37,659 bases of DNA, from assembly GCF_006345805.1 (NCBI RefSeq), contig NW_021835890.1:1-37659 (forward strand). The letters are read 5' to 3'. The position numbers were made by a program, and so were the translations under genes. Of the stretch, positions 11,833 through 24,440 are shown piece by piece (within the stretch, counting starts at the first letter, position 1; every line of letters begins with the position of its first letter). This stretch comes from Octopus sinensis (lineage: Eukaryota). Under the pieces are notes generated by a model. It ran no database searches, was not told where the DNA came from, and worked only from the letters and a program-made list of their open reading frames with translations.

Positions 11833-12576
11833 TAACTTGGAGAAGTTCCTATACAGCAACTTAATGAATTAGCAGCTTGGAAAAGAGCCTATATGGCAAC
11901 TTGAAGATGTGCCTAAAGGGCAGCGTGAAAAGGAACGTATAGGGCAACTTAGCCGTTTGGCAAGTCCAAGAGGACTCTGTAGGGCAACTAAAAGATGCGC
12001 CTATAAGAATCTGTTGGCAACTAAAAGAGGAGCCTATTGGGCAACTTAAAGAAAAGCCAACTAGGCAATTTGATCTTTTGGTAACTTGAAGAAGATACTA
12101 CGTGGCAACTTGACCAGTTGGCCACTTGAAGAATATCCTAGAGGGAAAGTTCCCCGGTTGACGAACTGAAGAACCTTTAGCGCAACTTAAAGAAGATTGC
12201 GTGAGGTATCTTAAGGAAAAGCCTATAAGGAAACTTAAATAGTTGGATACTTGATGAAAAGCCTATAGAGCAAATTGAAGAAGCGCCTAGAGGGCATGTT
12301 GACCAGTTAGAAATTCCAAGTGGGGGTGCTATAGGGCAGTGTGAAAGAGATCCTATAGGGCAAATTTAAGAAGAACCTATGGAGTAAATTGACCTTTCGG
12401 CAACTTGAAGAGCCTATAGGGCAATTTGAAGAAGAGTCTTTGGTACAGCTTAAACAATTGAAAACTTGAAGAGGAGCCTTTGGTGCAACTTAAGTAGGTG
12501 GCATCTGGAAGAAGAGCCTATAGAGCACCTTCAAGAGTTTCCTATGCAATAATTTGTAGAATAGCCTATATGTCAA
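11833..12576. repeat. Degenerate composite minisatellite of 24-bp and 16-bp monomers
   Basis: About 35 units: consensus CAACTTGAAGAAGAGCCTATAGGG (24 bp) interspersed with CAACTTGACCAGTTGG (16 bp). Confidence 0.9.
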
Positions 12577-13057
12577 CAATATATCTGTCAGAGAGCGACT
12601 GATATTTGATAGTTTACCTTTTTACAATGACTAGCAGGGGAGGTCTGGAAGACACAGCGTTGACGGTGTAGATGTCAAAACGTGTCATTCCAGATGAGGG
12701 GGCCTACTGTCACGGAAGGGGAAAACTGAGAGACCGCCAGGGTTTTACTGTCGCCTCGATTTAGCCCCACTTGCTCGAGTTGGGAAGGGAAGTATGTGGC
12801 GTCTCCAACACGCTCTATGATTTAATTAAGGGCGGCATGGCGTGGAAGTTGGCAAGCACTACAATGGCACAACAGTGGGTAGAGGCCGAAAGAATCCATA
12901 GAGGATCAGCAGTTGCAGCATTTGTGAGGTTTACAGATCATGAGGCCAAACCTTAGGGAAACGCCGGCTTTGTTTTTTCTTTTCCCTTATCATGAGAAAT
13001 CTTTTTCCTACGAGCGAAAGAGCATATGTTGTTTCTATTGTTGTATAAAATCCATTT

Positions 13058-13121
13058 ATTGCACATTCTTGTAGTTATAGATAACCCTATTTCGCCCCTG
13101 TTCTGGGCTCGCCAGTGCAAC
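13058..13121 (-). ncRNA. Hammerhead-like motif (core variant CUGGCGA)
   Basis: Minus strand: GUUGCA-CUGGCGA-GCCC AGAACAG GGGC-GAAA-UAG GGUUAU CUAU-A-(12 nt)-UGCAAU-AAA. Perfect 4-bp helix II, 4-bp helix III, helix I partner displaced by 12 nt; AATAAA overlaps the end. Confidence 0.45.
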
Positions 13122-13422
13122 ATAACGTGAGAATTTGAAATTAACGTATATCATTTGAAAGGTTTAAGAATTAAATAAGATCGATTTTCTTCTTTGACTT
13201 GAGATGCAACCTTGAAACCTTCGTATGAGCTATCAATTTTTAGCATATCATTGTCGCTAATGGTAGAGCCTCAAGTTCTCAACGCTTTTTGGCTGAGACT
13301 GGCGTACTATCGAAACATTAAACATCACTCTTCAGCTTTTGTAGCGTAGTGAGCCCTACTAACAGTTCTCTAACTGGGCCCCACACTTGCCAGAGCCGAC
13401 CTTTAGTACGTGTTATATTATC

Positions 13423-14110
13423 AACTAGAAAAGCACTCGGAGAGCGCAGACCTCCGCCAAGCAGCTCATTCCACCCACATACACGAATGCTGAAAGTCGC
13501 CCAATTTCCCAAACCAACGCCGGCAATAACATAACCTCCGTGGCGGGGTTTAAAAAAATTACACAGCCATATATTTAAAAAAAAACTTTAAAAACAGTAA
13601 TCATTTGAAGGAGTTATAAATACATCAATGACAACAACAAGCTAGTTTCACAGCGGCGGTGGAAGGAGCAAAGCCTGAGATTTTTGAGTCGATCCCAATA
13701 GTCAAGGCTTGTCATGACATCCTTCGCAGACCTCTGCCAAGCAGCTCATTTTAAGATAGATACGCGAGTAAAATTACTCACAGAGAAACGAAAGTAAACT
13801 TTGGAAACAGCAACGCCACCATAGGTTAAGAGGAAACGATGAACGTGTTTTCAAGGGAGATAATTAAAGAACGTAACATTGTAGTACTTCATGTAAAGTA
13901 AATATAACAAATGAAAAATCCTTCAAGAATCCATAAAAATTCTAGGATCACTACCAAAATTTCACCATCTCTTTCTAATGTCATTACCAACTTTTTCTGC
14001 AAGTTTCATTAAATACCGTTTACAACTTTTTGAGTTATTTTGTCCACAAACGGACAGACGGACAAACCAATGCCGATGAAAACATAACCTCCTTCCTTGG
14101 CGGAGGTGAT
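13423..14110 (+). mobile_element. Non-autonomous Helentron/DINE-1-like (HINE) rolling-circle element, compound
   Basis: Begins AACTAGAAAAGCACTCGGAGAGCGCAG. Subterminal inverted repeats ACCTCCGCCAAG (13450-13461) and CTTGGCGGAGGT (14096-14107). 3' hairpin ACCTCC/GGAGGT (14087-14107). GGAC/AGAC microsatellite before the 3' end and a typical AAGTTTCAT...TTTTTGAGTTAT core. Confidence 0.75.
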
Positions 14111-15492
14111 TATTTGATTTGGCTCTGTGTAGCATAAAGTTTTGTTGGTCCGTAAGCCTGGCCGAATCAAACTGTTATCAAAGTACATAACACCTACCAA
14201 ATGTAAGGAGGGCCACAGAAGTACTAATGTGACTAAGGCTGGTAGTCAGCACCAGAATTGCTAGAAATAAGAGTAAAAACATATGCAAAACAGGGCTAAT
14301 TTAGCTATTTCTCATTCGATTGAGAAAACGATGAATAACCTTAATCGATTTTCAAATCTTATTGGATTCTCATCAGAGGCATCTTCATTAATAGCTGTGT
14401 ATGTATGTGTGTGCGTATGCATGCATGCATGTATGTATGTGTATGTACAGACGTATGTATATGTGTGTGTGCCCGTGTGAATGTGAGTGTAAGTGAATGT
14501 AAACACCCAATTCTACACACACGCACACACACACAACACACACACGCACGCACACACATACACACACAACGGCTGCATTGACACTAACAACAACCCCTAG
14601 AACATAATTCTATAGTTAAGTATATTGTGTGCATTCTTATTTACAATTAGTAACAGCCCAAAATTTTACGTCAGCATGACCTTGAAATCATTTAAATCAA
14701 AATTTTATTCATAAACGCACTCTTTTCAAAATCACGACTAAAGCAAAAAAATCTCCTTTCGTTTAAAGCATTCATTCGTAAAACAATAGTTAAGTACAAT
14801 ATCATTTTAGATAGAGCATACCTTTAAGAGTAAACTCATTTGACAAGAATAATAACCCCTGTAGTGTTTGTCCAATAGAAGCCAACCATATCGTATTTGC
14901 AGTGAAAGCATTGAGCTAGAAGAAACATCACATGATATTTTATCGCATGCTCTGACGAGAGTACTCAATTCTTTCTGCCACCTGGATTTTAATCAAGGAT
15001 TACAAAACACTTTATACGTTGTTACGAGCAGTGGATTTTTCTTTATTCTACCGATGTATCAAACCATGCTCAGCGCTTCTCAACGGGAAAGAAATGGTTT
15101 TAAACTGGTTGTTTACAAGCGGCCATTAAATCCCTGCTAGGACTCAGAAGATTATCGGTTTGTCCCTTACACATTGTCACCGGGCTCGACTGTTTCTCCC
15201 TTGATCGTTGATGTCAAGTTTCTCTTATTCACCGTAGCATAATTTGTTTAGTTAATGGCCAGGATTTATTAATTTTGTATGTTATTTAGTTATAAAACAG
15301 CAGCAACTACGTGCAAACACATGGTAATGGAAGATAAAACTGGAGAGATCATAGAGTCTGTTGGGATCATAGAGTTTGTTGCAAGCAAAATAAAAGGACT
15401 ATAAGTAAACGAACAAGAGCAACAACAGTAAAGAAAAACAAAAAAAAAACAAAAAAAAAGAAATGATTTGTGGCAAGCATCCTGAAATTAGT

Positions 15493-15719
15493 GGAGGCGC
15501 GTGGCTTAGTGGTTAGGGTGTCAGCATCATGATCGTAAGATTGTGCTTTCGATTCTTGGACCGGGCGACACGTTGTGTTCTTGAGCAAATCACTTCATTT
15601 CACGTTGCTGACAAAAAGGAGTAACGCTACGATGGACTGGCGTCTCATCCAGCTGGGGAACGCATACGCCATAGAAACCGGGCCCATAAGCTTGGCTAGG
15701 CTTTAAAAGGCCGCATTTA
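15493..15719 (+). mobile_element. tRNA-derived SINE, family D, with CORE-like central segment
   Basis: A box TGGCTTAGTGG and B box TTTCGATTC, then TTGTGTTCTTGAGCAAATCACTTCATTTCAC resembling the CORE domain; AT-rich tail. Confidence 0.75.
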
Positions 15720-15741
15720 TTATTTTTTTTATTATCCTATA

Positions 15742-15836
15742 GCTCAATAAACACTCACAACGCCCGGTCTGGGAATCGAAACCGCGATCCTACGACCGCG
15801 AGTCCGCTGCCCTAACCACTGGGCCATTGCACCTCC
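15742..15836 (-). mobile_element. SINE family C, tRNA head only
   Basis: Reverse complement GGAGGTGCAATGGCCCAGTGGTTAGGGCAGCGGACTCGCGGTCG...ATTGAGC is nearly identical to 4876-4970. Confidence 0.88.
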
Positions 15837-16115
15837 ACACAAACACACACACACATATATATATATAATTTATATATATAATACAAAACAGGAGAATGGA
15901 AATGTTTTGGTATTATTTGTTCTCCATTACTCGTGTTCCAATTGCTAATGGGAGCTCTAATCATCATCATCATTGTTGATATATGAGGAATTTACTATCA
16001 TAAAATCGTGAGACAGAGAATATAAAGAACAACATTTTTTTATACCTGTCTAACGAAATTTCTAATGAGAAATTCCTTACATGTCTGTATAAATGTAAAT
16101 CTTTATAATTCCTAT

Positions 16116-16240
<125 letters not shown>

Positions 16241-16879
16241 AGAGACAGATGTATTACACGACACAAAACAAAGTTTGTTATGAAACCGGACAATATATCC
16301 ATACTATGCAAAATTCGCCACAAGAGCAATAGATAAATGATTGTTTAGTATTAGTAGTACGTGTATCACAACATACAAAATAAGCAGAAAGACATTCACT
16401 ATTCATAAAGTGAAATAAATACCCCATTGATAACTTGTAATTTATATAGATCCGTGTGTCTGTTGCGATGAGCGGTCAACAAACTGAAAAACGGTCCGCC
16501 AAGAGAGTCACCCATATCGTCTTCGTACACATCAAAGCACAGAAATAATGAGTTTACATTTTAAATATTTGTCTAAAGGACAAGATTTCTAATATCCACA
16601 CCTGTTTCAGTCTCTCTGATTTTCTCTGTTCCGTGTATAACATCCATATCTACATTCACGAACGTCCGTCCATACTCATAAAGGCATGCACACGTACACA
16701 CAAATGCGTACACATACACGTACGATAGTTACTTTGTAGAAGTATTCAAACAGCTGTATTAAACAACACCGACGTGTTTAATTTTGTCGTTTCTGTTCTA
16801 TTTCTTGATTCCATTTCGTTCTAGAGGTTTTCGTTTTTGGCCTACATCTCCAATCGGTCACTAATACAATTCCTCTACT

Positions 16880-16986
16880 GATATACATATGAGTATAACC
16901 ACAAACATACATATACACACATGCAAATATATATACATATATATATATATTTATACATACATACATACATACATACTTACATACAT

Positions 16987-17029
<43 letters not shown>

Positions 17030-17242
17030 CATACATATATGTATATATATACAAACATATATATATATGTATACATACATACACACACACAGATATATAT
17101 AATATATATATATACATACATACATACATACATACACTACATACATACAAATATATATATATACATACAGACATATATGTATATATATACAACATATATA
17201 TATATATGTATACATACACACACACACACCACATATATATAT

Positions 17243-17276
<34 letters not shown>

Positions 17277-17310
17277 ATGTACAGACACCACACACACGCA
17301 CACACTCAGA
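16880..17310. repeat. (TA)n/(TACA)n/(CA)n low-complexity tract; similar tracts at 17690-17900, 30040-30450, 30880-31380, 34090-34560, 34950-35350 and 37290-37460
   Basis: Direct reading; source of the poly-IY/CV/HT ORFs in the track. Confidence 0.95.
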
Positions 17311-17660
17311 AGACTAATATATGCATGTGTGTATATGCGTGTATCCATGCATATGTTGAATGTGTTTTCATCAATGCTTATTTTCAATTTCACCCATTTC
17401 GTCTCTTTTCTATTTCTGCTGTTTGTTCTTGTTCTTGTTTGTTTTGTTTTTGTTGTTTTTGTTGTTTTTGTTGTTTAAATTCTAAAATTGAGTTTTTCCA
17501 GTTTGCGTAAATCAGAAGTTGAAATCCATTAAGAAAGTGAATTTTTAGTCTTGGAATCAATCGATTCCTTCTCAGCTTTTAACCAACTTCTCAAGTTCAG
17601 TGTTCAGACAGTCACATCCATAAAATGACAAATGGGTAGACGTGGTGCAAGGAATAACAG

Positions 17661-17692
<32 letters not shown>

Positions 17693-17859
17693 GTATATAT
17701 ATATATATATATAATATATATATATATATAATATATAATAGATATATATATATATATGTACTATATATATCATATTTACCACATATATTTATATATATGT
17801 GTGTGTGTGTATATAATATTATATATATTATATAATATATATATATATTATATATATAT

Positions 17860-17904
<45 letters not shown>

Positions 17905-18020
17905 CACACACGTACACATACATGATAGAGAGGCTGAAATTCTGTCTACAGCACTGCCTCGTGTGTATTCCAAGGACGTTCATTTTTTTTTTCTTTACAG
18001 TATTCTATTAAAAGCAACGT

Positions 18021-18052
<32 letters not shown>

Positions 18053-18524
18053 TTAGACTTTGGTTCAAGTTCAGGAGGCACCAAATTCGAGACTAGGTTC
18101 TGGAAATTATGCAACATAATTTGTTGACTTTTATTTCAATAAATTAATGTTTCTCTCTTCATTTCTCTTGTTTATTGGGGCTTGGTTGCATGTAACTTTA
18201 ACCGATAAAAGTTTTGTAGTTCCCTGCTGTTACGAATTCCACGGTATGGACGCAGACATCGCTCCAGTGATTCCAACACATTCTTCTCTTTAAGTTGTGT
18301 GCTAGTGCGCGCGAACACTTCAGGGTAAGAAAGCAAAATGTGTGCACATGAGGTTTTTAAGATGAAATAAGATTTTTTTTAATTGAAAGAAATTTGAGGG
18401 ATGGTGATTCGTATGAATAAGAAAATACTTCACACACACACACACACAAATCTTCCACGCAGCGAAACGTTTTGTTCACTGTTTAGCAATAAAAAATAGA
18501 AAAAGTAAATGAATAAATTCCTAT

Positions 18525-18560
<36 letters not shown>

Positions 18561-18563
18561 GAG

Positions 18564-18635
<72 letters not shown>

Positions 18636-18650
18636 GTAGATAGATAGATT

Positions 18651-18741
<91 letters not shown>

Positions 18742-18750
18742 GGATGATAG
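18525..18750. repeat. (GATA)n microsatellite
   Basis: Direct reading. Confidence 0.97.
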
Positions 18751-19417
18751 AGAAAAAGACAGACGTAATACACAACACAAAACAATGTTTGTTATGAAAA
18801 CGGGCAGTACATCCATACTATGCAAAAGAAACTTTGGTTAAATGGTTTGAATGGAAATTTCGTGGTAACGGAATCAATAATTTTGCGAGTCATCCAAGCT
18901 GTCTTCCAGAGTATTTGCGCGGATGTAACCCAAACCTTGCAAATGAAACTGCATGGATGGAAAATGTGTGGACGCCCGTAGAGTAGTACAGTTAAATTTA
19001 GTCGGTTGACTCGTTTAATACTACCTCATGGTCCTTGAATGGATTTAGCAGAATCTCGTCTACTGAAATTAAGTTGATCACACAATGTAACAGTCCAAGA
19101 ACCAGTCCTCTATTGTGGTCGTCACAAGTTATGTTGGAGATGTTACCTGCAAAGAACCATTTACGAAATCCATTGAAATGACCGTATATGTTATGAGACT
19201 AACTGAAATGATATATCAACCGGCTTAGCATCACCATCCGGCCTTTGGCTCCTTTCTCTGAAATATTTTATACGACAATCAGTGAGACTAAATATCTGAT
19301 GTGGAGATAATTTCATCAAGTCCTTCACCTAGACATGAAGGTTATAAAGAGATCAAAGGAGCTCAGTCCGATTTTTGGACTTCCATCAGAAAGATGACAA
19401 TTGGTAATATCTTCCAT

Positions 19418-19673
19418 CTTTTACTTGTCTCTGTCATCACACTGCGGCCATACTGGGGCACTACCTTGGAGAATTTTCAGTTAAATGTATCAACCCCAGT
19501 AATGGTTTTTTTTTTAAAGTCTGGTACGTTTTATCGATTTCTTTTGCAGAACCACTAAGTTATGTGGACGTAAACACACCGGCAGCGCTTGTGAAGCGGT
19601 GGTGGAGGACAAACATATGTACAAAAAAACACACAAACACATTTACAAAGACACACACGCACGCACACACATA

Positions 19674-19721
<48 letters not shown>

Positions 19722-19902
19722 TATATATATATATATATATATATACGATGGGCTTCTTTCGGTTTCCGTCTACCAAATCCACTCACACGGATTTGGTCGG
19801 CCTGAGGCTATAGCAGAAGACACTTGCCCAAGGTGCCACGCAGTGGGACTGAACCCGGAACCACGTGGTTGGGAAACAAGTTCCTTACCACACAGCTACA
19901 CC
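19418..19902 (-). mobile_element. SINE family A, older copy
   Basis: Same head and body as 11386-11815, a diverged 3' part, and an expanded internal (CA)/(TA) tract. Confidence 0.88.
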
Positions 19903-20409
19903 AGATTTTCTTACCACACAGTCAAACAGATTTTTTGCTTCCCGAAAAGTCCTACACTTCGCAAACTTTTCTATCAGATTCTTCCTTTCATATAACCTTT
20001 TATTTTTCTTTCTTATTTTTCTTTTTTACTTTTCTTTTCTGTTTTTTTTTTTCCCACCCTTTTAACAACAAGAATTGTAGTAGTTCTTGTTCTGGTTGAT
20101 TGACTTCTATGAAGACCAGATATTTCTTCAAAATGTTTAATCTTCAAGCGTTGTAACATTTCAGCTGCAAGGATTATTGGGAAGACCTTCACTCTTTGTT
20201 CTTCTTTTTATCGGTTCGTGTTGTTGCAGCATCAGCGTCAGAGGCAGCATTACCATAATGGAATTGAAAAATCTCCAGCTGGCTTCCAAAATCCATATTA
20301 ATCTCTAAAATATAATACTAAAATCCTCGAATAACAATATATACGGATATGTGTGTGTATGAATATGTGTATACGTGTGTTTTCATACTTAGAAGAACCA
20401 AATATTCAT

Positions 20410-20609
20410 TTCAAATTTTTGGCACAAGGCCAGCAATTTCAGATGAAGGATTAAGTCGATTACATCGAACCCAGTGCTCCACTGATACTCATTTTATCGA
20501 CCCCCACCCCACTATCTAGAGGATGGAAGGTAAAGTCGACCTTGGCGGAATTTGAATTCAGAATATATAAAAACGGACGAAATGCCACGAAGCATTTTTC
20601 CCGGCATGC
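20410..20609 (-). mobile_element. SINE family B2
   Basis: TTTTGGCACAAGGCCAGC...AAGTCGATTACATCG...TTTTATCGACCCC...AAAGTCGACCTTGGCGGAATTTGAA on the plus strand. Confidence 0.82.
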
Positions 20610-20880
20610 CCCGCTATAATTTTTAAAGATCTGATAGCTAACATTATTAAAAGGATATCAAATATATCTTCATCAAAAATATTTGATAAGGCAGCCCCCT
20701 ACTATAATAATAATGCTCTAGCTAACAGCGGCTTCAAAGATAAAATATTTTACAAGTCTTTAAATAAAAATATGAATCTTAAAAATAAGCCAGATAATAG
20801 ACCTAGAAAATAGTTTGGTTCGTCCCTCCTCTCTCCCTTAATGTTAACACTAACGAGGGCAAAAAATTCCTGTCTTTTTG
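20610..20880 (+). mobile_element. Penelope-like element coding fragment (RT thumb / linker to GIY-YIG)
   Basis: PAIIFKDLIANIIKRISNISSSKIFDKAAPYYNNNALANSGFKDKIFY...RPRK, then a frameshift to IVWFVPPLSLNVNTNEGKKFLSF. This matches the PLE signature KRISxLSS..F.KAAPYY.NAL..SG...RNIIWFNPPYS.NV.TNIGK.FL. Confidence 0.85.
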
Positions 20881-21098
20881 TATATATAAGTTTTGTGTTA
20901 ACTATTGGTAGAAATAGTAATCAATGCCAAATTAGAAATAGGTAGTATTTTTATTTGGAGTGAGTCAGTCTCTTCTGGTGTTTTGGCTGTGCATCCAGTG
21001 TGTCATCAGGCACTTATTATGGTCATAACTCACCTGCGGAGCCCGTGAATGCATTGAGACTGATACAGAGATTGAGTCGCCCCAATTTAGTGTGTGTG

Positions 21099-21130
<32 letters not shown>

Positions 21131-22257
21131 TGTATGTATGTATGTATGTATGTATGTATGTATGTATGTATGTATGCACGTCTACGATAAGTCGATAAGG
21201 CTGTGATCGGAGTATACAGAAATATATATTATCGTTACTTATCACAATATGTATATATATATATACATACATACATACATACATATATATATATACATGC
21301 ATGTATGTATATATATATATATATATACATACATGCATGTATGTATGTATCGTTGCTATTATGCTAAAGTATCGTAAGTCCAAAACGTTGCTTTTTCAGA
21401 AAACGAAAAAGTAGTTTCACCATTTCATTTCTTTTTACATTAACAACAGTTTCAGCTTAACAATAATACTTTGTTGGGTGCATAAAATCGTAATTCCATG
21501 CATATATGATATTTTCAGTGAGAAATATCTTTGAAAAAACTGTCGTATGTGGGACTTACTACACTTTTGAAAATGCTAAACCGTTGCACGATACTTTGGC
21601 AAGTTTTATATCTTAGCATCTGAAGTAGCTGGAGATACGATAGTTTGACCAAAAGAACCGGCTATTGCAAGCAAAATTAAATACTGAAAAATAACAAAGA
21701 AGCAACAAAAAAACACATTTGGCCAAATTTCGACATACGACAGTTTAACATAATAGCAACGATATATATGTCTTCGTGTATATTTCACTACTATGCATAT
21801 GTGTACTCACTCTCACGCGCGCGTGCGTCTAGATATACGTATATATGTGTGAGTATATATGTGTGTGTGTGTGTCTGTGTGCGTCTGTATGTGTATGCAC
21901 GCGCGTAGTCTGCTCAATTTCTTTGAATGGACTGTTTTTTTTCTTTAAACATACCGAGATAAACAAAGATTAAACAACATGAACGATTTACAGTTATATT
22001 TTAGAAAGCCATCGTGTTTTGTTTACGCATTCTATGTACAGAGTTCCGTTAGTAAGTATGTTTTCCCCCCATGTTTCTATGTCTATACATATACATGAAT
22101 TAACATATGCGTTTACGCATTTTTCTGTGCGATGCCTCACGAATATTTGTGGTTTTATTTTTTAAATTCTTGTTTGAAATTTTGTCGCCAATATGGAGAC
22201 TTCCTCTTACCAACACAAAAAAGATTGGCTGATATTTAGAGAACATTAGCAAGGTTG

Positions 22258-22480
<223 letters not shown>

Positions 22481-22927
22481 TTTTATTTTTTTCTTTCTTG
22501 TTTTACCCCTCTGCGAAGTAATTTTATTTTAATTCTCTCGCAGAAAGGGCTAGTTTCGACGAGTCGTGTTCTGTCTTACCTTCGAAACACGCTAGAGTCG
22601 AACTAGGGACAGCTGAGGAAGGGGATTTTTCCTTGTGTAGTTTGTCTTGTACTCTGTTTTTCTGTTGTAAAAAAATGGTTTGTTCCATGCTTGTTTTTCC
22701 GTTTTCGTTTCTCGTTGAGCTCTACGTCTAGCTGTGGTGTCCTGTACTTACGTATATATTTATATATGCATGTATATGTACATGTAGATGTAGGTACGTA
22801 CATATATGTTTGTATGTATGCATATATTTTATTTATTACACTATTGTTTGACAGCGCCTTCGCGTCGATTCGATTCGATTCGTTCGTTTCGTTCCGTTCT
22901 TCTTCTTCTCCAAGTATCTTTTATCAT

Positions 22928-23074
22928 TTAATTGTTTCAATCAGGAGACTGCGGCCATGCTGGGGTATCGCCTTGAAGAATCTTAAGTCGAATGAATTGA
23001 CTCCAGCACTTTTTCGTAAACCAGGTACTTATTATATCGACCTCTTTTGCCCACCGCTGAATTACGGGGACGAA
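22928..23074 (-). mobile_element. SINE family A, 3' fragment
   Basis: GACTGCGGCCATGCTGGGG...GTACTTATT...CTCTTTTGCC...TTACGGGGACG matches the family A 3' part. Confidence 0.8.
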
Positions 23075-24399
23075 TGTATGTATGCGAGTGTGTGTGCTGT
23101 GTGTGTGTGTATGTGTTTGTGTGTATATATATATATATATATATAAATATGTATATATAAATGTCTGTGTGTGTGTGTCATATATATATTATATTATACA
23201 CACATCCCTGAGTATATAAAAGGGAGGAGAATGAACGGGAATGAAAATGAGTACTACAGAAAGTTGCAACTTGATCTGAAAGCGGTTGCTGAAACTGAAG
23301 CAAGTACATCGTAGAAGAATAATCTTATTTTAATTTCAAAGTGTTAGTGGGATTGTATCAGTAGGAAGGCCGCAGATCTGCGACGAAAATTTTAACAAGT
23401 CGTAAAGCATATTTAATTTGAAGTTAATTTAACACCTGAGTATGAGAGAGTGGGGAAGCAAAAAGAGAAGTACTTGATGAAATAAGAATTGGTGAGAGTA
23501 AGATGGGGGAGAGAGGATGAGAGAGGTAGAAAGAGGGGAAAGAGAAAGAGTGAGATGTAGAAAGAAAGAGGGAGAGAAGGAGAGATAGAAAGTGAGATGG
23601 AGAGAGAGAGAGAGAGACATGGACAGACAGTGATATGATGTTTAAGCGTGAAGGAAAGAGAAAGCTGATAGAGTGAGAGTGGAGGAAAGAGTGAAAGAAA
23701 GGAGAGACAAAATACAGAAAAGACAAAGAGAGGGAGAGAGGGAGAGAGAGAGAAAAGGCGTGGAGAGAATGGAATCGACTTCATTCTTTTTTTTTTCCTT
23801 GATACATCACAGACCAGATCGGTGTGGGGTGGGGTTGATGTATGTATGTTGATATTTCCAGTCACGTGATGTGGCCATCTGTGAGGAGTTGTTTTAGTGA
23901 TGGTGCTGATGGTGGTGATGGAGGGGGTGTTGGTGCCTCAGTGAATCAAAGAAAGAAGAGTTGGGTATATCGGGTGGTGGTGAGGGTGCATGTAGGTAGG
24001 TCGGTAGGTAGGTAGGTAGGTAGGTGGATGAGAATTCGGTAAAAGAAAGGCGGGACGGGTTGTCAGGAAGAAACACAATTATTTGCTAGGTTTAACTGAG
24101 TCTGGTCAAGTCTAAGAGAGAGATAGAGGGGGGGATAGAAAGAAAGACAGATAGAAAGAAAGAAAGAAAGAAGGAAAGAAAGAAAGACTTTTAGTGCACG
24201 AAAAAGATGATAAAGAAAATGAAGCAGATAAACTGGTGTACTCTCGCGCACACAAACACACTCGAAGATATATATGTATACGCATGCATCTATGATTATA
24301 TGCATGATCGTGTATATGTATGTATGTGTATATATACACAGACATACACAAATACGTATGTATAAATGCATGTGCGAGTATGTGTGTGTGCTTGTGTGC

Positions 24400-24440
<41 letters not shown>

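Noticed and set aside
11833-12576. Coding repeat (QLEEEPIG)n or CRISPR array
   Set aside because: The 16-bp units shift the frame and stops occur; there are no constant repeats with unique spacers, and the DNA is eukaryotic.
14950-14980. CTGACGA-GAGTACTC
   Set aside because: No GAAA after the short palindrome.
18220-18324. RIPRYGRR resembling an amidated neuropeptide with a dibasic site
   Set aside because: No signal peptide or precursor context; an 8-residue coincidence is likely.
18828-18990. Trp-rich short frame KETLVKWFEWKFRG...AWMENVWTPVE
   Set aside because: Under 60 codons, no start or splice signals, and no family recognised; possibly a transposase relic but unsupported.
19355-19395. 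Minus strand CUGAUGGAA-GUCC/GGAC stem
   Set aside because: GAAA and helix III are absent.
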